Shown in pieces: positions 25,938 to 35,636 of a stretch of 64,000 nt of DNA. Position 1 is the first letter of the stretch. Each line of letters begins with the position of its first letter. The translations under genes and the position numbers were made by a program. This DNA is from Hadesarchaea archaeon (lineage in GTDB: Archaea > Hadarchaeota > Hadarchaeia > Hadarchaeales > Hadarchaeaceae): the NCBI GenBank assembly GCA_029259175.1, contig JAPDJH010000009.1:57610-121609 (forward strand), read 5' to 3'. A model generated the notes under the pieces. That model saw nothing but the letters and a program-made list of their open reading frames with translations, was not told the DNA's origin and searched no databases.

Positions 25938-27203
25938 ATGGGTGGTTTGGTGCTCCTGCCCGAATACGCTGCTGTATTAAACCCCTTTAGCGAGGAAGGT
26001 CGAAAAATCGCAAGCAACGCTCCACCCTTTGAACAAATGCCAGAGGAAACCATCAAAACTGCTATCGAGCGAATAAAGTGGAGCGGGCGCGAAGCGATAG
26101 TTGAGCCCACTGCACAATCTATCGAGCGCGAGATCCACTCTTTCTATCTCATGTGCCAATCGCTTGCGGCTGTTTGCCATCCCTACTCAGCAGAGACCCA
26201 GTACGCACGGGAGAGTGTAAAGAAAGTTCTGAAATATCGGCTTTACGACCTTTTCAGGAAAGGTGAGGGCGAATTCTGCCTCAAAACCATTGGTCGAGCC
26301 CTCAATCTGCTGCCCCTCGAGGAGTTCATCAAGCAAAGGAAAGAACTACCCGAATCTGATTATTACCGCCTGAGAGATTTGCGGATGAAAAAGGACGGGG
26401 TGGAAGAAGTGGATCCACACTTACTCCAACAGTTTCTCCCCAAATGGGCTGTGAAGTGGACCGACGTAGGAATCGTGTTCAAACACAACCGAGCTAATCT
26501 CACGGATTTCTACTTGATCGATGGATGGATGATACTCACTCTGAGGGATCTGTGGGATCTTTACGCCGAGCTCATAGGTGACCAGACAGAGGAATACATC
26601 CAGACGGTGTACGAGCGAATGACCGACCGGGGGAAACCCGAAAGACTCGTAAAAATAGGAGAACAAATCGCGCGTCAAATTCCAAAAACCGTTGAAAGAC
26701 TGCCTGGTGTGCGCGGAGTGGCGGGAAAGCTGAACCCAGAATACTTTCCTCCGTGCATACACAACGTGCTGCGCGGAGTGGGCAGCGGACTCCGAAACTT
26801 TGCCATAGTGATGTTGCTCACACCGTTTCTCTCATATGCTAGAATCGCCCCCTCAGGCAAACGAGGGGACAAAATATCTGACTTCATTCAAAATATTTCA
26901 GTCATCACCGAAGAAATCGTGCCAATAATAATGAAAGCCGCTGAGCGATGCAATCCTCCCCTGTTCTCAGACCAGCCACAGGAAAAAGCCAACATTTTTT
27001 ACCATATGGGTTTTGGAATGACAATCGCCCCGAGACTGCAGGACGCCGGAAGATCGAAGTGGTATATGGTGCCAAACTGTGCGAAGATACAAGCAGTTGC
27101 GCCCCCTCTTTGCCAGCCAGATGAACTCTGCAAGAAAATCAAAAACCCACTCACTTATTATTTCCGTAAAAAAGCTGAAGCGCTGAGGAGGAGATCTCAA
27201 TGA
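25938..27203 (+). CDS. priL: DNA primase large subunit
   Basis: FPPCI...L.G..SG.RN, CNPPL, PNC.KI, KNPL.YY. Confidence 0.9.
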   Translation: MGGLVLLPEYAAVLNPFSEEGRKIASNAPPFEQMPEETIKTAIERIKWSGREAIVEPTAQSIEREIHSFYLMCQSLAAVCHPYSAETQYARESVKKVLKYRLYDLFRKGEGEFCLKTIGRALNLLPLEEFIKQRKELPESDYYRLRDLRMKKDGVEEVDPHLLQQFLPKWAVKWTDVGIVFKHNRANLTDFYLIDGWMILTLRDLWDLYAELIGDQTEEYIQTVYERMTDRGKPERLVKIGEQIARQIPKTVERLPGVRGVAGKLNPEYFPPCIHNVLRGVGSGLRNFAIVMLLTPFLSYARIAPSGKRGDKISDFIQNISVITEEIVPIIMKAAERCNPPLFSDQPQEKANIFYHMGFGMTIAPRLQDAGRSKWYMVPNCAKIQAVAPPLCQPDELCKKIKNPLTYYFRKKAEALRRRSQ

Positions 27204-28165
27204 TCATGCGCCCAGCCACGCCAGAGGAAATAAAAAGATTCTACAGGGAGGAATGGAACAAAAAAGATTTGCCCGATTTTATCACCCACACCTTATCTCT
27301 CCGCGAATTCGGATTTGATTTGGATGGCTCAGGACCAAGTCACCGATACAACCAATTCCTGACACTCGAACAGCTAGAGGAGTTCCTCAGGGTCAGAGCA
27401 CCATACTCGGCCTACGCCAGCGTGGCCCTCTACGAAAATCCGAGAAAACGGGAAGGGTGGTTAAAGGCCGATCTCGTTTTCGATATAGATGCAAAGGATT
27501 TGCCCGTAAAGCCATGCGGGTGTCCAAAAGGACAAGTTTGCTACAAATGTATCGAGCAGGCAAAGCAAGTAGCCCTCGAGTTCGCAGATGTGCTACGCCG
27601 AGACCTCGGTTTTCGACAAATAGTTTTTGTCTACTCTGGTCGTGGTTTTCACATCCGCGTCCTCGACGAGTTCGCGATGCGACTTGAGCACAACGAAAGA
27701 CAACAATTGGTCTCCTATGTCACGGGGGCGGTTGTACCAACAGATCTCTCCCTTGCTCTTGGGTATTCCAAGGTCTTCCGCGAAAGAGCCGCCAAACTTC
27801 TTCGACTGATGAACGAAGAAAAACTCCGAGAGGTCGTCAAACGTAGAGCTTTCAAAAATTTGCTTCGGTTCAAGGATCAAATTGTTCAGTATTTACTGGA
27901 AGGACGAGTTGATGACATCCTTAGCCTGGAGGGCATTGGCGCGGGCACGTTGGAAGCACTTCTAACAGGGCTCGCAAGGATAAACTCAGAATTCACGGAC
28001 GGAAAGGTCACTGTGGACACCAAGCGCATTTTGAGACTGCCCTCGAGCTTACACTCTGGAGTCAGCCGCAAGTGCATGGTCATAAAAAATCTGGATTCCT
28101 TTACTCCTGACGATGCAGTTCCGCGTTTTCTCCTGGAGGCTGGTGGTAAAGATGCTCAACATTGA
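27200..28165 (+). CDS. priS: DNA primase small subunit
   Basis: REFGFD, LVFDIDA, YSGRGFH, D.KVTVD.KRILRLPSSLH. Confidence 0.95.
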   Translation: MIMRPATPEEIKRFYREEWNKKDLPDFITHTLSLREFGFDLDGSGPSHRYNQFLTLEQLEEFLRVRAPYSAYASVALYENPRKREGWLKADLVFDIDAKDLPVKPCGCPKGQVCYKCIEQAKQVALEFADVLRRDLGFRQIVFVYSGRGFHIRVLDEFAMRLEHNERQQLVSYVTGAVVPTDLSLALGYSKVFRERAAKLLRLMNEEKLREVVKRRAFKNLLRFKDQIVQYLLEGRVDDILSLEGIGAGTLEALLTGLARINSEFTDGKVTVDTKRILRLPSSLHSGVSRKCMVIKNLDSFTPDDAVPRFLLEAGGKDAQH

Positions 28166-28703
28166 AGAATTGGCCAAAATCTATCAAAAGGAACTGCAGA
28201 CCCCTCACTTGCTTGAACTTCCGGATGACTTCTTCGAAAAAATCGGGAAGTATCTAGTAGCACTTGAACGCGAGCAGAAGGGAGCAGAAGGGCTCAAAAA
28301 AGAACTGGTTCAAGAACAGCTCCGAGAAACCGCCTTGCTGCTCGATCTGCTCTACCAAGCCCGAATGGTAAAGGCGATGATTCAGCTGGCCACGGGAGAA
28401 ACGCCTGACACTCTCATCGCCAAAGAGCGCAACGGATTCTTAGAGATAAAAAGGGTCTTGGGCGAGCTCCACACCTTTTATGAGCGGGGTGTGGTCGAGA
28501 AAAAGGCCTTAATGGCACCCATCAGTACCAATCGAGTTCTCGTCATTTTCCAAACCGACCTCAAAGAAAAAATCTTGGGAGTGGACGCCAAGGTGTATGG
28601 CCCCTTCAAGACCGGAGACGTGGTGAATTTACCTGCCCCCAACGCAGAACTCCTGTTGAGACACGGGATCGTGAAGAAAATCAAGATAGGGGGAGAAGAG
28701 TAA
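28152..28703 (+). CDS. GINS15-type replication protein
   Basis: L..LP.DFFE.I..Y, R..K, I.GVD.K.YGPF..GDVV.LP..NA..L. Confidence 0.88.
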   Translation: MLNIEELAKIYQKELQTPHLLELPDDFFEKIGKYLVALEREQKGAEGLKKELVQEQLRETALLLDLLYQARMVKAMIQLATGETPDTLIAKERNGFLEIKRVLGELHTFYERGVVEKKALMAPISTNRVLVIFQTDLKEKILGVDAKVYGPFKTGDVVNLPAPNAELLLRHGIVKKIKIGGEE

Positions 28704-28753
28704 CAACTGTTTTTATTACTGGATGGTGAAATAATGGGAGCGGGGGAAGGGAG

Positions 28754-29032
28754 ATGAAACTGCCCAAAAAAGTGCGCACCTACTGCCCAAACTGCAAAAA
28801 ACACACTCAGCACACAGTCACTCAAGTAAAAAAACGGACTGCCCGCGCCCTAAGCTGGGGTCAGAGACAATTCGCTCGCGTAACGGCCGGGTACGGAAGT
28901 CAGCCGCGCTCGGAGCAGAAGAGATTTTTCAAAACAACGAAAAAGATTACTCTACTGTTCCGGTGCAGTGAGTGCGGCAAAGCACATCCACGAAAGGGGT
29001 TCAGATCCAAGAAAGTAACGTTTGGTGAATAA
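28754..29032 (+). CDS. rpl44e: 50S ribosomal protein L44e
   Basis: [28 protein letters not shown]. Confidence 0.97.
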   Translation: MKLPKKVRTYCPNCKKHTQHTVTQVKKRTARALSWGQRQFARVTAGYGSQPRSEQKRFFKTTKKITLLFRCSECGKAHPRKGFRSKKVTFGE

Positions 29033-29033
29033 T

Positions 29034-29210
29034 ATGAAAGCAAAACGAAGCAAGTTTCTACGAGTTCGGTGCACTGGATGCGGAAACGAACAGATAGTAT
29101 TCAGTCACGCGAGCACGATCGTTAGATGCCGGGTGTGCGAGAAAACATTGGTCATTCCACGGGGTGGAAAGGCGGAAATCAAGGGAGTAATTCTTGGTGT
29201 GGTGAGCTGA
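29034..29210 (+). CDS. rps27e: 30S ribosomal protein S27e
   Basis: [22 protein letters not shown]...L..P.GGKA. Confidence 0.97.
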   Translation: MKAKRSKFLRVRCTGCGNEQIVFSHASTIVRCRVCEKTLVIPRGGKAEIKGVILGVVS

Positions 29211-29211
29211 G

Positions 29212-30009
29212 TTGGTAAAACGCAAAAAGGAATGGCCCACCGTGGACGAGCTCGTTCTATGCACTGTGAAAGAGGTCTTCGATCAGGGGGCATTCGTAAC
29301 TCTGGATGAGTATGGTGGTAAAGAGGGCATGGTTCACATCTCAGAAGTAGCATCTGGATGGATAAAGAATATTAGAGACCACGTGCGTGAAGGACAAAAA
29401 GTTGTCTGTCGGGTCCTGACTGTGCATCCAGAGCGCAACATTGTAGATCTATCCATCAGGCGTGTCAAGGACAGCGAACGAAGATGGAAGGTGGAACGCT
29501 TCAAGCTCGAACAAAGAGCTGAGAAGTTGTTGGAGCTAGCAGCCAAGAAAATGAAAAAAAGTCTGGACAAGGCTTACGAAGAAGTAGGCTTTCTCCTTCA
29601 AGACGAATTCGGCGATCTTTACGCAGCGTTTGAAGCAGCAGCACAGGATCCCAAGGCGCTCGAAAAGGTGCTTGGGAAAAAGAAAAAATGGAGCAAAGTC
29701 CTCACTGAGCTGGCCTCTTCCTTGGTAAAGACCCCAATTTACAAGATAGTGGGAGAGCTCACCCTTACTGTTCCAGCCCCCAATGGGGTTGATATCTTGC
29801 GCGACGCCTTTCTAACTACACGTAAAACGTGTACAAAGGGCGACGTAAAAGTAGACTTCTATACCGTGGGGGCTCCGCGATATCGGATAGAAGTATCGGC
29901 GCCCTCCTACAAAGAAGCTGAAAACATCATGCGGCAGGCGGTGGAATCGGTTATCTCGAAAATAGAGTCTGCCGGCGGTCGGGGAGAGTTCCAGAGGGAA
30001 ACAAAATGA
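29212..30009 (+). CDS. eif2a: Translation initiation factor aIF-2 alpha
   Basis: S1 domain [28 protein letters not shown]; GAPRYRI. Confidence 0.96.
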   Translation: MVKRKKEWPTVDELVLCTVKEVFDQGAFVTLDEYGGKEGMVHISEVASGWIKNIRDHVREGQKVVCRVLTVHPERNIVDLSIRRVKDSERRWKVERFKLEQRAEKLLELAAKKMKKSLDKAYEEVGFLLQDEFGDLYAAFEAAAQDPKALEKVLGKKKKWSKVLTELASSLVKTPIYKIVGELTLTVPAPNGVDILRDAFLTTRKTCTKGDVKVDFYTVGAPRYRIEVSAPSYKEAENIMRQAVESVISKIESAGGRGEFQRETK

Positions 30010-30167
30010 AGATGATGAAGTGCCGCTCATGCAATACGTACACGTTCAAAGAACTCTGCCCCAGGTGTGGGAAAAAAACATCTAGCCCCCATCCGCCGCG
30101 GTTTTCGCCCCACGACCCGTATGGTAAATATCGCAGAAAACTGAAAGAAGAAAAGGGGATGCTCTGA
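30006..30167 (+). CDS. nop10: H/ACA RNP protein Nop10 (not in ORF track)
   Basis: [22 protein letters not shown]...[17 protein letters not shown]. Confidence 0.95.
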   Translation: MKMMKCRSCNTYTFKELCPRCGKKTSSPHPPRFSPHDPYGKYRRKLKEEKGML

Positions 30168-30931
30168 TGAAAACCACCATGCTTCAGCTGCTAGAGAAAC
30201 CTCGCTTGCAGAAACCGGTGCTGATAGAAGGATTGCCGGGAATGGGCCATGTGGGCAAACTAGCAGTGGAACATCTGGTTAATGAACTCCACGCTGTAAA
30301 GTTTGCAGAAATATACTCGCCCTACTTTCCCCACCAAGTGGTGATTCAGCGAGGAGGGATAATGCGCCCACTGAAGAACGAACTTCACTATGCGAGCAAG
30401 GACGATGTCGACTTCATTTTCTGGACGGGAGATGTGCAACCGCTCGTATCACAAGGCCACTACCAAGTCGTGGAGAGAGTACTAGACGTGGCGTGGGATT
30501 TGGGAGTGAGAACCACATTTACACTTGGAGGATTCGCCACTGGAAAGTACGAAGAAAAAAGACCAGCCGTCATTGCACTTGGAGACCCAGAACTCGTGCG
30601 TCTGGCCCAGCAACACGGAGCCACGACCGAAATGAGCGGCGGTCCAATTATTGGTGCTGCGGGCCTCCTGCTAGCGCTCGGACAGTCGAGAGGAATGAAA
30701 GGGCTCTGTTTGCTGGCTGAAACACCGGGAATAATGGTCGACCCAAGAGCCGCCACAGTGGTGCTGGAAGTACTTCTACCCATACTGCAAATCAAGGTGG
30801 ACTTGGCCAACCTAGAACACCACGCTCGGCTAACTCAGGGAATGATCAAGCGCTTGAAAAAAGAGATGGAGCGCCGGATTCTGCGTGAACACAAACCGCC
30901 AGAAGAGGAAGAACCCTCCTATATCGGATAA
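30167..30931 (+). CDS. Proteasome assembly chaperone (PAC2) family
   Basis: IEGLPGMGHVGKLA, S..FP.QV, GD.Q, TLGG, IIGAAGLL, DP.AA. Confidence 0.9.
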   Translation: MKTTMLQLLEKPRLQKPVLIEGLPGMGHVGKLAVEHLVNELHAVKFAEIYSPYFPHQVVIQRGGIMRPLKNELHYASKDDVDFIFWTGDVQPLVSQGHYQVVERVLDVAWDLGVRTTFTLGGFATGKYEEKRPAVIALGDPELVRLAQQHGATTEMSGGPIIGAAGLLLALGQSRGMKGLCLLAETPGIMVDPRAATVVLEVLLPILQIKVDLANLEHHARLTQGMIKRLKKEMERRILREHKPPEEEEPSYIG

Positions 30932-30949
30932 ACAACGGGGAGGATAACC

Positions 30950-32182
30950 CTGGAAATCCACCACGCGGATCTCCACATTCATTCAAAGTACTCGGGAGGC
31001 ACATCTGCACGGATGGAGTTAAAAACGATCGCTCAACAAGCCCAGCTAAAGGGATTATCGATTGTTGGAACGGGCGACGCTTTACATCCCCTGTGGTTAA
31101 ACAGTATCAAATCTGAACTTCAAAAAGCAGGGGACGGAATTTTTGTTTATCCGGAGCTTCGGACAAAATTTGTGCTAACGACTGAAGTGGAGGACAAAAA
31201 TCGTGTGCATCACCTGATATTGATTCCAAACGAAGGGATTGCGGAGGAGCTGAGAATCCTCTTCTCCAAATGGTCAGATGACATAGATCAGGAAGGGCGC
31301 GCATCACTTCGACTTGGCGCTCCAGAAATCACAGACATGGTGGTGGAACGAGGATGTCTGATTGGACCAGCTCATGCTTTCACACCTTGGACAAGCATGT
31401 ACAAAGAGTTTAACAGTCTGGAAGAATGTTATAAAGACGCTGCACGGAAGGTAAGTTTTCTAGAGCTAGGACTGAGCGCAGATACAGACATGGCCGATCG
31501 AATCCCCGAGTTGCACGGCCTCACCTTCCTCTCATGTTCGGACGCTCACAGTCCTTGGCCGGACAAGTTGGGGCGAGAATTCAATCGTTTTGAGATCCAT
31601 GAGGTGAGTTTTTCCGAAATAGACAAGGCAATCCGGCGCCAAGGAGGGAGAAAAATTTCGCTAAACGTGGGGTTCGATCCGCGCCTCGGAAAGTATCACC
31701 GGACTGCCTGTACGCGATGTTTTAAGCACTACGCTCTCGAGGAGGCTCAAAAAGTGCATTGGAGATGCACGGAGTGCGGAGGGCTAATAAAGAAGGGAGT
31801 ATGGGATCGTGTGAACGAACTCGCACACACAGAATCTCCGATTCATCCCGACCACCGGCCTCCGTACCTCCGAATCGCGCCACTTTCCGAAGTGATAGCG
31901 TTGGCAATAGGCGAATCAAATCCGCACACACCAAAAGTGCAATCGCTATGGGAAACCCTCGTCAGCGAAATCGGTGATGAAATATCGGTTCTCGTGGATG
32001 CGGACGTAGAAACTATTGAAAAAATCAGCGAACGGCGAATTGCCTTGGTGATAAAAGCTTTTAGGAACGGTAATCTAGAGGTCGTGGCAGGCGGAGGAGG
32101 AAAGTATGGGCAACTCGGACTTCCTCCAGAACTCCGACAAAAACTTGTACCGCAAAAAACACTGTTGGAGTTTGGACTATGA
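30950..32182 (+). CDS. PHP-domain TIGR00375/EndoQ-like protein with Zn finger; probable CTG start
   Basis: HADLHIHSKYS lies upstream of the listed ATG 31013; GTGD..HP, PAH.FTPW, ELGLSAD, SDAHS, LGRE, GKYH. Confidence 0.85.
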   Translation: MEIHHADLHIHSKYSGGTSARMELKTIAQQAQLKGLSIVGTGDALHPLWLNSIKSELQKAGDGIFVYPELRTKFVLTTEVEDKNRVHHLILIPNEGIAEELRILFSKWSDDIDQEGRASLRLGAPEITDMVVERGCLIGPAHAFTPWTSMYKEFNSLEECYKDAARKVSFLELGLSADTDMADRIPELHGLTFLSCSDAHSPWPDKLGREFNRFEIHEVSFSEIDKAIRRQGGRKISLNVGFDPRLGKYHRTACTRCFKHYALEEAQKVHWRCTECGGLIKKGVWDRVNELAHTESPIHPDHRPPYLRIAPLSEVIALAIGESNPHTPKVQSLWETLVSEIGDEISVLVDADVETIEKISERRIALVIKAFRNGNLEVVAGGGGKYGQLGLPPELRQKLVPQKTLLEFGL

Positions 32183-32349
32183 GAGTGAACGGTAATTTGT
32201 GTGTGAGATGCGGAGCATGCGTAAGTGTGTGCCCATTTGACGCCATCGAAGCAACTGATGGAACGGTAGCGCCCAACGAGCGGTGCACGGACTGCGGAAT
32301 ATGTAAACAGCTGTGTCCCATGGGGGCGATAGAAATTGGTGAAAAATGA
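32179..32349 (+). CDS. 2x[4Fe-4S] ferredoxin (not in ORF track)
   Basis: CVRCGACVSVCP and CTDCGICKQLCP; 56 aa; directly upstream of GGR. Confidence 0.9.
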   Translation: MRVNGNLCVRCGACVSVCPFDAIEATDGTVAPNERCTDCGICKQLCPMGAIEIGEK

Positions 32350-33523
32350 ATACGATGTTGTAGTTGTCGGAGCAGGTCCGGCTGGTTCAACCGCAGCCTA
32401 CTCGGCTGCAAAGATGGGAGCCAGCGTACTGGTTCTCGATAGGAGGCGAGAACTCGGGATTCCAGTTCAGTGCGGAGAAGCGCTTGCCGAAGATGTGTTG
32501 AAAGAATTGGGAATAAAGCCAGACCCCGCCTGGGCTGTTAACAAAACAAACGCTGTGAAAATCGTTTCGCCTGGAGGGATTGAAGTCCGGATATCGGAAA
32601 GGGCTGGAGGCAAAGTGGGTTATATCCTGAACCGGAAAATATTCGACAAGTTTTTGGCACTTCGGGCAGCAGATGCGGGGGCCGATGTGATGGCCGGCAC
32701 GTTTGTTTATGGACTGATCCAAGAAGACGGAAGACCGGTAGGGGTAAAGGCGTCTGCGCCAGGACAGCGAATGGAGATCCGGTGCAAAGTGCTAATAGCG
32801 GCCGATGGGGTCGCATCCAGGATAGCGAGATGGGCGGGGATGAAAACCACCCTGAAGCTGGATGACATCGAAACTTGTGCGCAGTTCCAAATGGTGGGAG
32901 TAAAGCTCGAAGCACCCAATCTGTTAGAATTTTATCTAGGAAGCCACATCGCCCCTGGAGGATATGCGTGGGTTTTCCCCAAATCGGAAAACTATGCCAA
33001 TGTGGGACTCGGAGTTCTAGCGAGTAGAGCTCAGCGCAGACCCATCGAATACCTGCAGGAGTTCGTGAAACGAATGCCGAATCTTCAGAGTGGAAAAATA
33101 GTAGAAATAAATGCGGGAGGAGTGCCCGTGTGCGGACCACTGGACAACACGGTAAGGGACGGTTTGCTGGTGGTGGGAGACGCTGCCAGACAGGTGAATC
33201 CTCTGACGGGAGGAGGAATAGATTCCGCCATGCGTGCTGGAAACATTGCAGGCGAAGTTGCCGCTAAAGCCGTGGCTGAAGGGGACGTATCGGAAAAGCG
33301 ATTAAAGGAATATGACAAGCGATGGCGAGAAGCTATGGAAAAACGATTACAGCGCTATCTCAAAGCCAAGGATGTGCTACTGTCTCTCTCAGATGAGGAG
33401 TTAGACAAACTCGCCAAAGTGCTGAGCAAGGTGGACTTCGATCGCATCAGTCTCACCGATATGCTGAAGGTGTTAGTTAAAGCCAGCCCAAAACTGCTCT
33501 GGAAGCTCAAGGGATTGCTGTAA
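32336..33523 (+). CDS. Digeranylgeranylglycerophospholipid reductase (GGR family)
   Basis: VVGAGPAGS, PVQCGE, PGGYAWVFPK, GDAA.QVNPLTGGGI. Confidence 0.92.
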   Translation: MVKNEYDVVVVGAGPAGSTAAYSAAKMGASVLVLDRRRELGIPVQCGEALAEDVLKELGIKPDPAWAVNKTNAVKIVSPGGIEVRISERAGGKVGYILNRKIFDKFLALRAADAGADVMAGTFVYGLIQEDGRPVGVKASAPGQRMEIRCKVLIAADGVASRIARWAGMKTTLKLDDIETCAQFQMVGVKLEAPNLLEFYLGSHIAPGGYAWVFPKSENYANVGLGVLASRAQRRPIEYLQEFVKRMPNLQSGKIVEINAGGVPVCGPLDNTVRDGLLVVGDAARQVNPLTGGGIDSAMRAGNIAGEVAAKAVAEGDVSEKRLKEYDKRWREAMEKRLQRYLKAKDVLLSLSDEELDKLAKVLSKVDFDRISLTDMLKVLVKASPKLLWKLKGLL

Positions 33524-33556
33524 AAAAACCATTATGAACCTCAGAGCACAGTCTGT

Positions 33557-34261
33557 TTGATGAGGGTCGCGGCAGTTTCTGACGTGCACGCTCCTCAGTA
33601 CTTGGAGCTATTCGTGCGCGCGCTGGACGTAATGCCCGATCCCGATCTTCTTCTGCTAGCTGGCGACATGGTGCTAAAGGGAGACCACTCCCAGCTGGGC
33701 AAAGTGGTGGAAGCCATCAGAGCCAAATACGACGGACCCATCTTTGCCGTTTTCGGCAACGAAGAGTATGACCAATACGTCCAAGAGTTTCTTGAATACG
33801 AAGAAATCCGCTGGCTGCAAGATGAAAGTGTGGTAGTCAACATCGGTGGGCTCGACATCGGAATCGTTGGCTCCAGAGGATCGCTAGACAGACCCACTTT
33901 CTGGCAGCGGACTCACGTTCCAGGGATAAACACTGTTTACAGAGAACGAATCCACAAAATTGACAGACTCTTGGGTGCTCTCCGGAGCAAAATAAAAATA
34001 GTGATTACTCACTACTCACCCACATATGCGACGCTAGTGGGTGAGCGAGAAAAATCGTGGAGTGAGATGGGAAGCAAGAAGCTTGAGCGGGTCATTAAAC
34101 AGCGGCAGCCGGATCTCTGGGTTCACGGGCACATTCATAACGGGAAAAAACTGGAAGTCCAAATCGGGCGCACGCTTGTAGCGAACGTGTCATTGCCCGC
34201 ACGTGGTGGAATTTTCACCGTTGAGCTTCCGAGAAAAGTGGGGCTGGAGGCCTTCGTATAG
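33557..34261 (+). CDS. Metallophosphoesterase (calcineurin-like)
   Basis: SDVH, AGD, GNEE, THY.P, HGHIH. Confidence 0.9.
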   Translation: MMRVAAVSDVHAPQYLELFVRALDVMPDPDLLLLAGDMVLKGDHSQLGKVVEAIRAKYDGPIFAVFGNEEYDQYVQEFLEYEEIRWLQDESVVVNIGGLDIGIVGSRGSLDRPTFWQRTHVPGINTVYRERIHKIDRLLGALRSKIKIVITHYSPTYATLVGEREKSWSEMGSKKLERVIKQRQPDLWVHGHIHNGKKLEVQIGRTLVANVSLPARGGIFTVELPRKVGLEAFV

Positions 34262-34264
34262 GGG

Positions 34265-35584
34265 CTATGGGGTGAGTCTGCGACGATCTCGGGGAAAAAG
34301 AACACATTCGCGGATGTTCTCCCGACCCGTTAGCACCATGGTAAGTCTGTCGAGGCCCAGACCCCAGCCAGCGTGGGGCGGCAAACCGTAGCGGTAGCTG
34401 AGCAAGTGAGACTTGAAGCTCTCTGGATTGAGACCCTTTGACTTGAGCTGCCTCACCAACAGATCATGCTGGTGTATACGAGTGCCGCCGGACGCGAGTT
34501 CCAGCCAATCATACATAAGATCAAAAGACTCCGAGAGCTTTGAATCCTCTTCTTTTGGCATCGTGTAAAAAGGTTTGATCGCGAGAGGCCAATCAGTGAT
34601 AAAGTAAGCACCGCCCACGAGTTCTCCCAACTTTCGCTCTGCAGGAGTTGGGAGATCCTCCCCCCACCGAATCTTCACTCCCGCCTTTTCCAAGATCTGC
34701 AGAGCCTCTGTGTAAGTGATGCGCGGAAAAGGTGTTTTTGGAACCTCCAAGCGGTGATCTAACGTTTCCAATTCAGAGCCGCACCTATCAGCAACCGCTT
34801 TGAAAGCGCGCACGATCAAGTCTTCTAAGATGTCCATCACATCGGAAGCCGTCGCGTAAGCAACCTCGATATCTACAGAGATCGCCTCGTTCAAGTGGTG
34901 AGTCGTGTCGTGCTCTTCCGCCCGGAAGATGGGTCCGACCTCAAAGACACGCTCAAAGGCTCCTGTAAGTACCTCCTTGTAGAGCTGTGGACTCTGACTC
35001 AGAAAGGCCTCGCGTTCAAAGTACGAGATGGGGAAGAGAGCCGCCCCACTTTCAGTGGCCGTGGCGACTATTTTTGGGGTGTGAACTTCGACGAATCCGA
35101 GGGAAAGTAAACGTTCGCGAATTGCTTGGAGTGCCACATTTTTTATTCGAAATATGGCCCGGACTTCCTGTCTGCGAAGATCCAATGCCCGAGCGTCCAA
35201 CCGCGTATCCAAGTTGGCCTTGACCCGTCCAAGCGGATCCAATGGTAAGGGCGTTTCGGCCAAGTTGAGAATCTTGATTTCAGAAGGAACTACTTCGACT
35301 CCTCGAGGAGCCTGGGAAGCCCTAACAACTTTACCGCGAACCGCCACGGAGCTCTCTTGGGTAAGCTTGGAAATCTGGTCGAGAATCGCTTGGGGGGTTT
35401 TTTGCTTGGGCGCCGTTACCTGAACAAAACCGCTCACATCGTGAAGGATGAAGAATTTTATTCCTCCCAAGTCGCGGATATCTCCAACTCGGCCCATCAC
35501 CACAACTTCTTCTCCTTCCATCTCGGGCCGGATATCTGCTGCTTGGTGCGTCCTCCGCCAGTCACCTAGACGGGCAACGGTCAT
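34265..35584 (-). CDS. aspS: Aspartyl-tRNA synthetase (probably non-discriminating)
   Basis: ATG 35584 after GAGGTGA; RDLGG, QSPQLYK, FRAE, GLPPHAGWGLG.DR, LFPRD; Pro in the L1 loop (APRGVE). Confidence 0.95.
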   Translation of the reverse strand: MTVARLGDWRRTHQAADIRPEMEGEEVVVMGRVGDIRDLGGIKFFILHDVSGFVQVTAPKQKTPQAILDQISKLTQESSVAVRGKVVRASQAPRGVEVVPSEIKILNLAETPLPLDPLGRVKANLDTRLDARALDLRRQEVRAIFRIKNVALQAIRERLLSLGFVEVHTPKIVATATESGAALFPISYFEREAFLSQSPQLYKEVLTGAFERVFEVGPIFRAEEHDTTHHLNEAISVDIEVAYATASDVMDILEDLIVRAFKAVADRCGSELETLDHRLEVPKTPFPRITYTEALQILEKAGVKIRWGEDLPTPAERKLGELVGGAYFITDWPLAIKPFYTMPKEEDSKLSESFDLMYDWLELASGGTRIHQHDLLVRQLKSKGLNPESFKSHLLSYRYGLPPHAGWGLGLDRLTMVLTGRENIRECVLFPRDRRRLTP

Positions 35585-35636
35585 GGGCTCACCTCGCCAC
35601 GAAAATTCTAGACCGTGGTTTATTAGGCATTCGCAT

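Noticed and set aside
20743-33523. Long replication/translation gene run as a novel system
   Set aside because: Largely the known conserved archaeal neighbourhood; only the RPA3-like gene, the CTG start and the PIP-like tail were kept as findings
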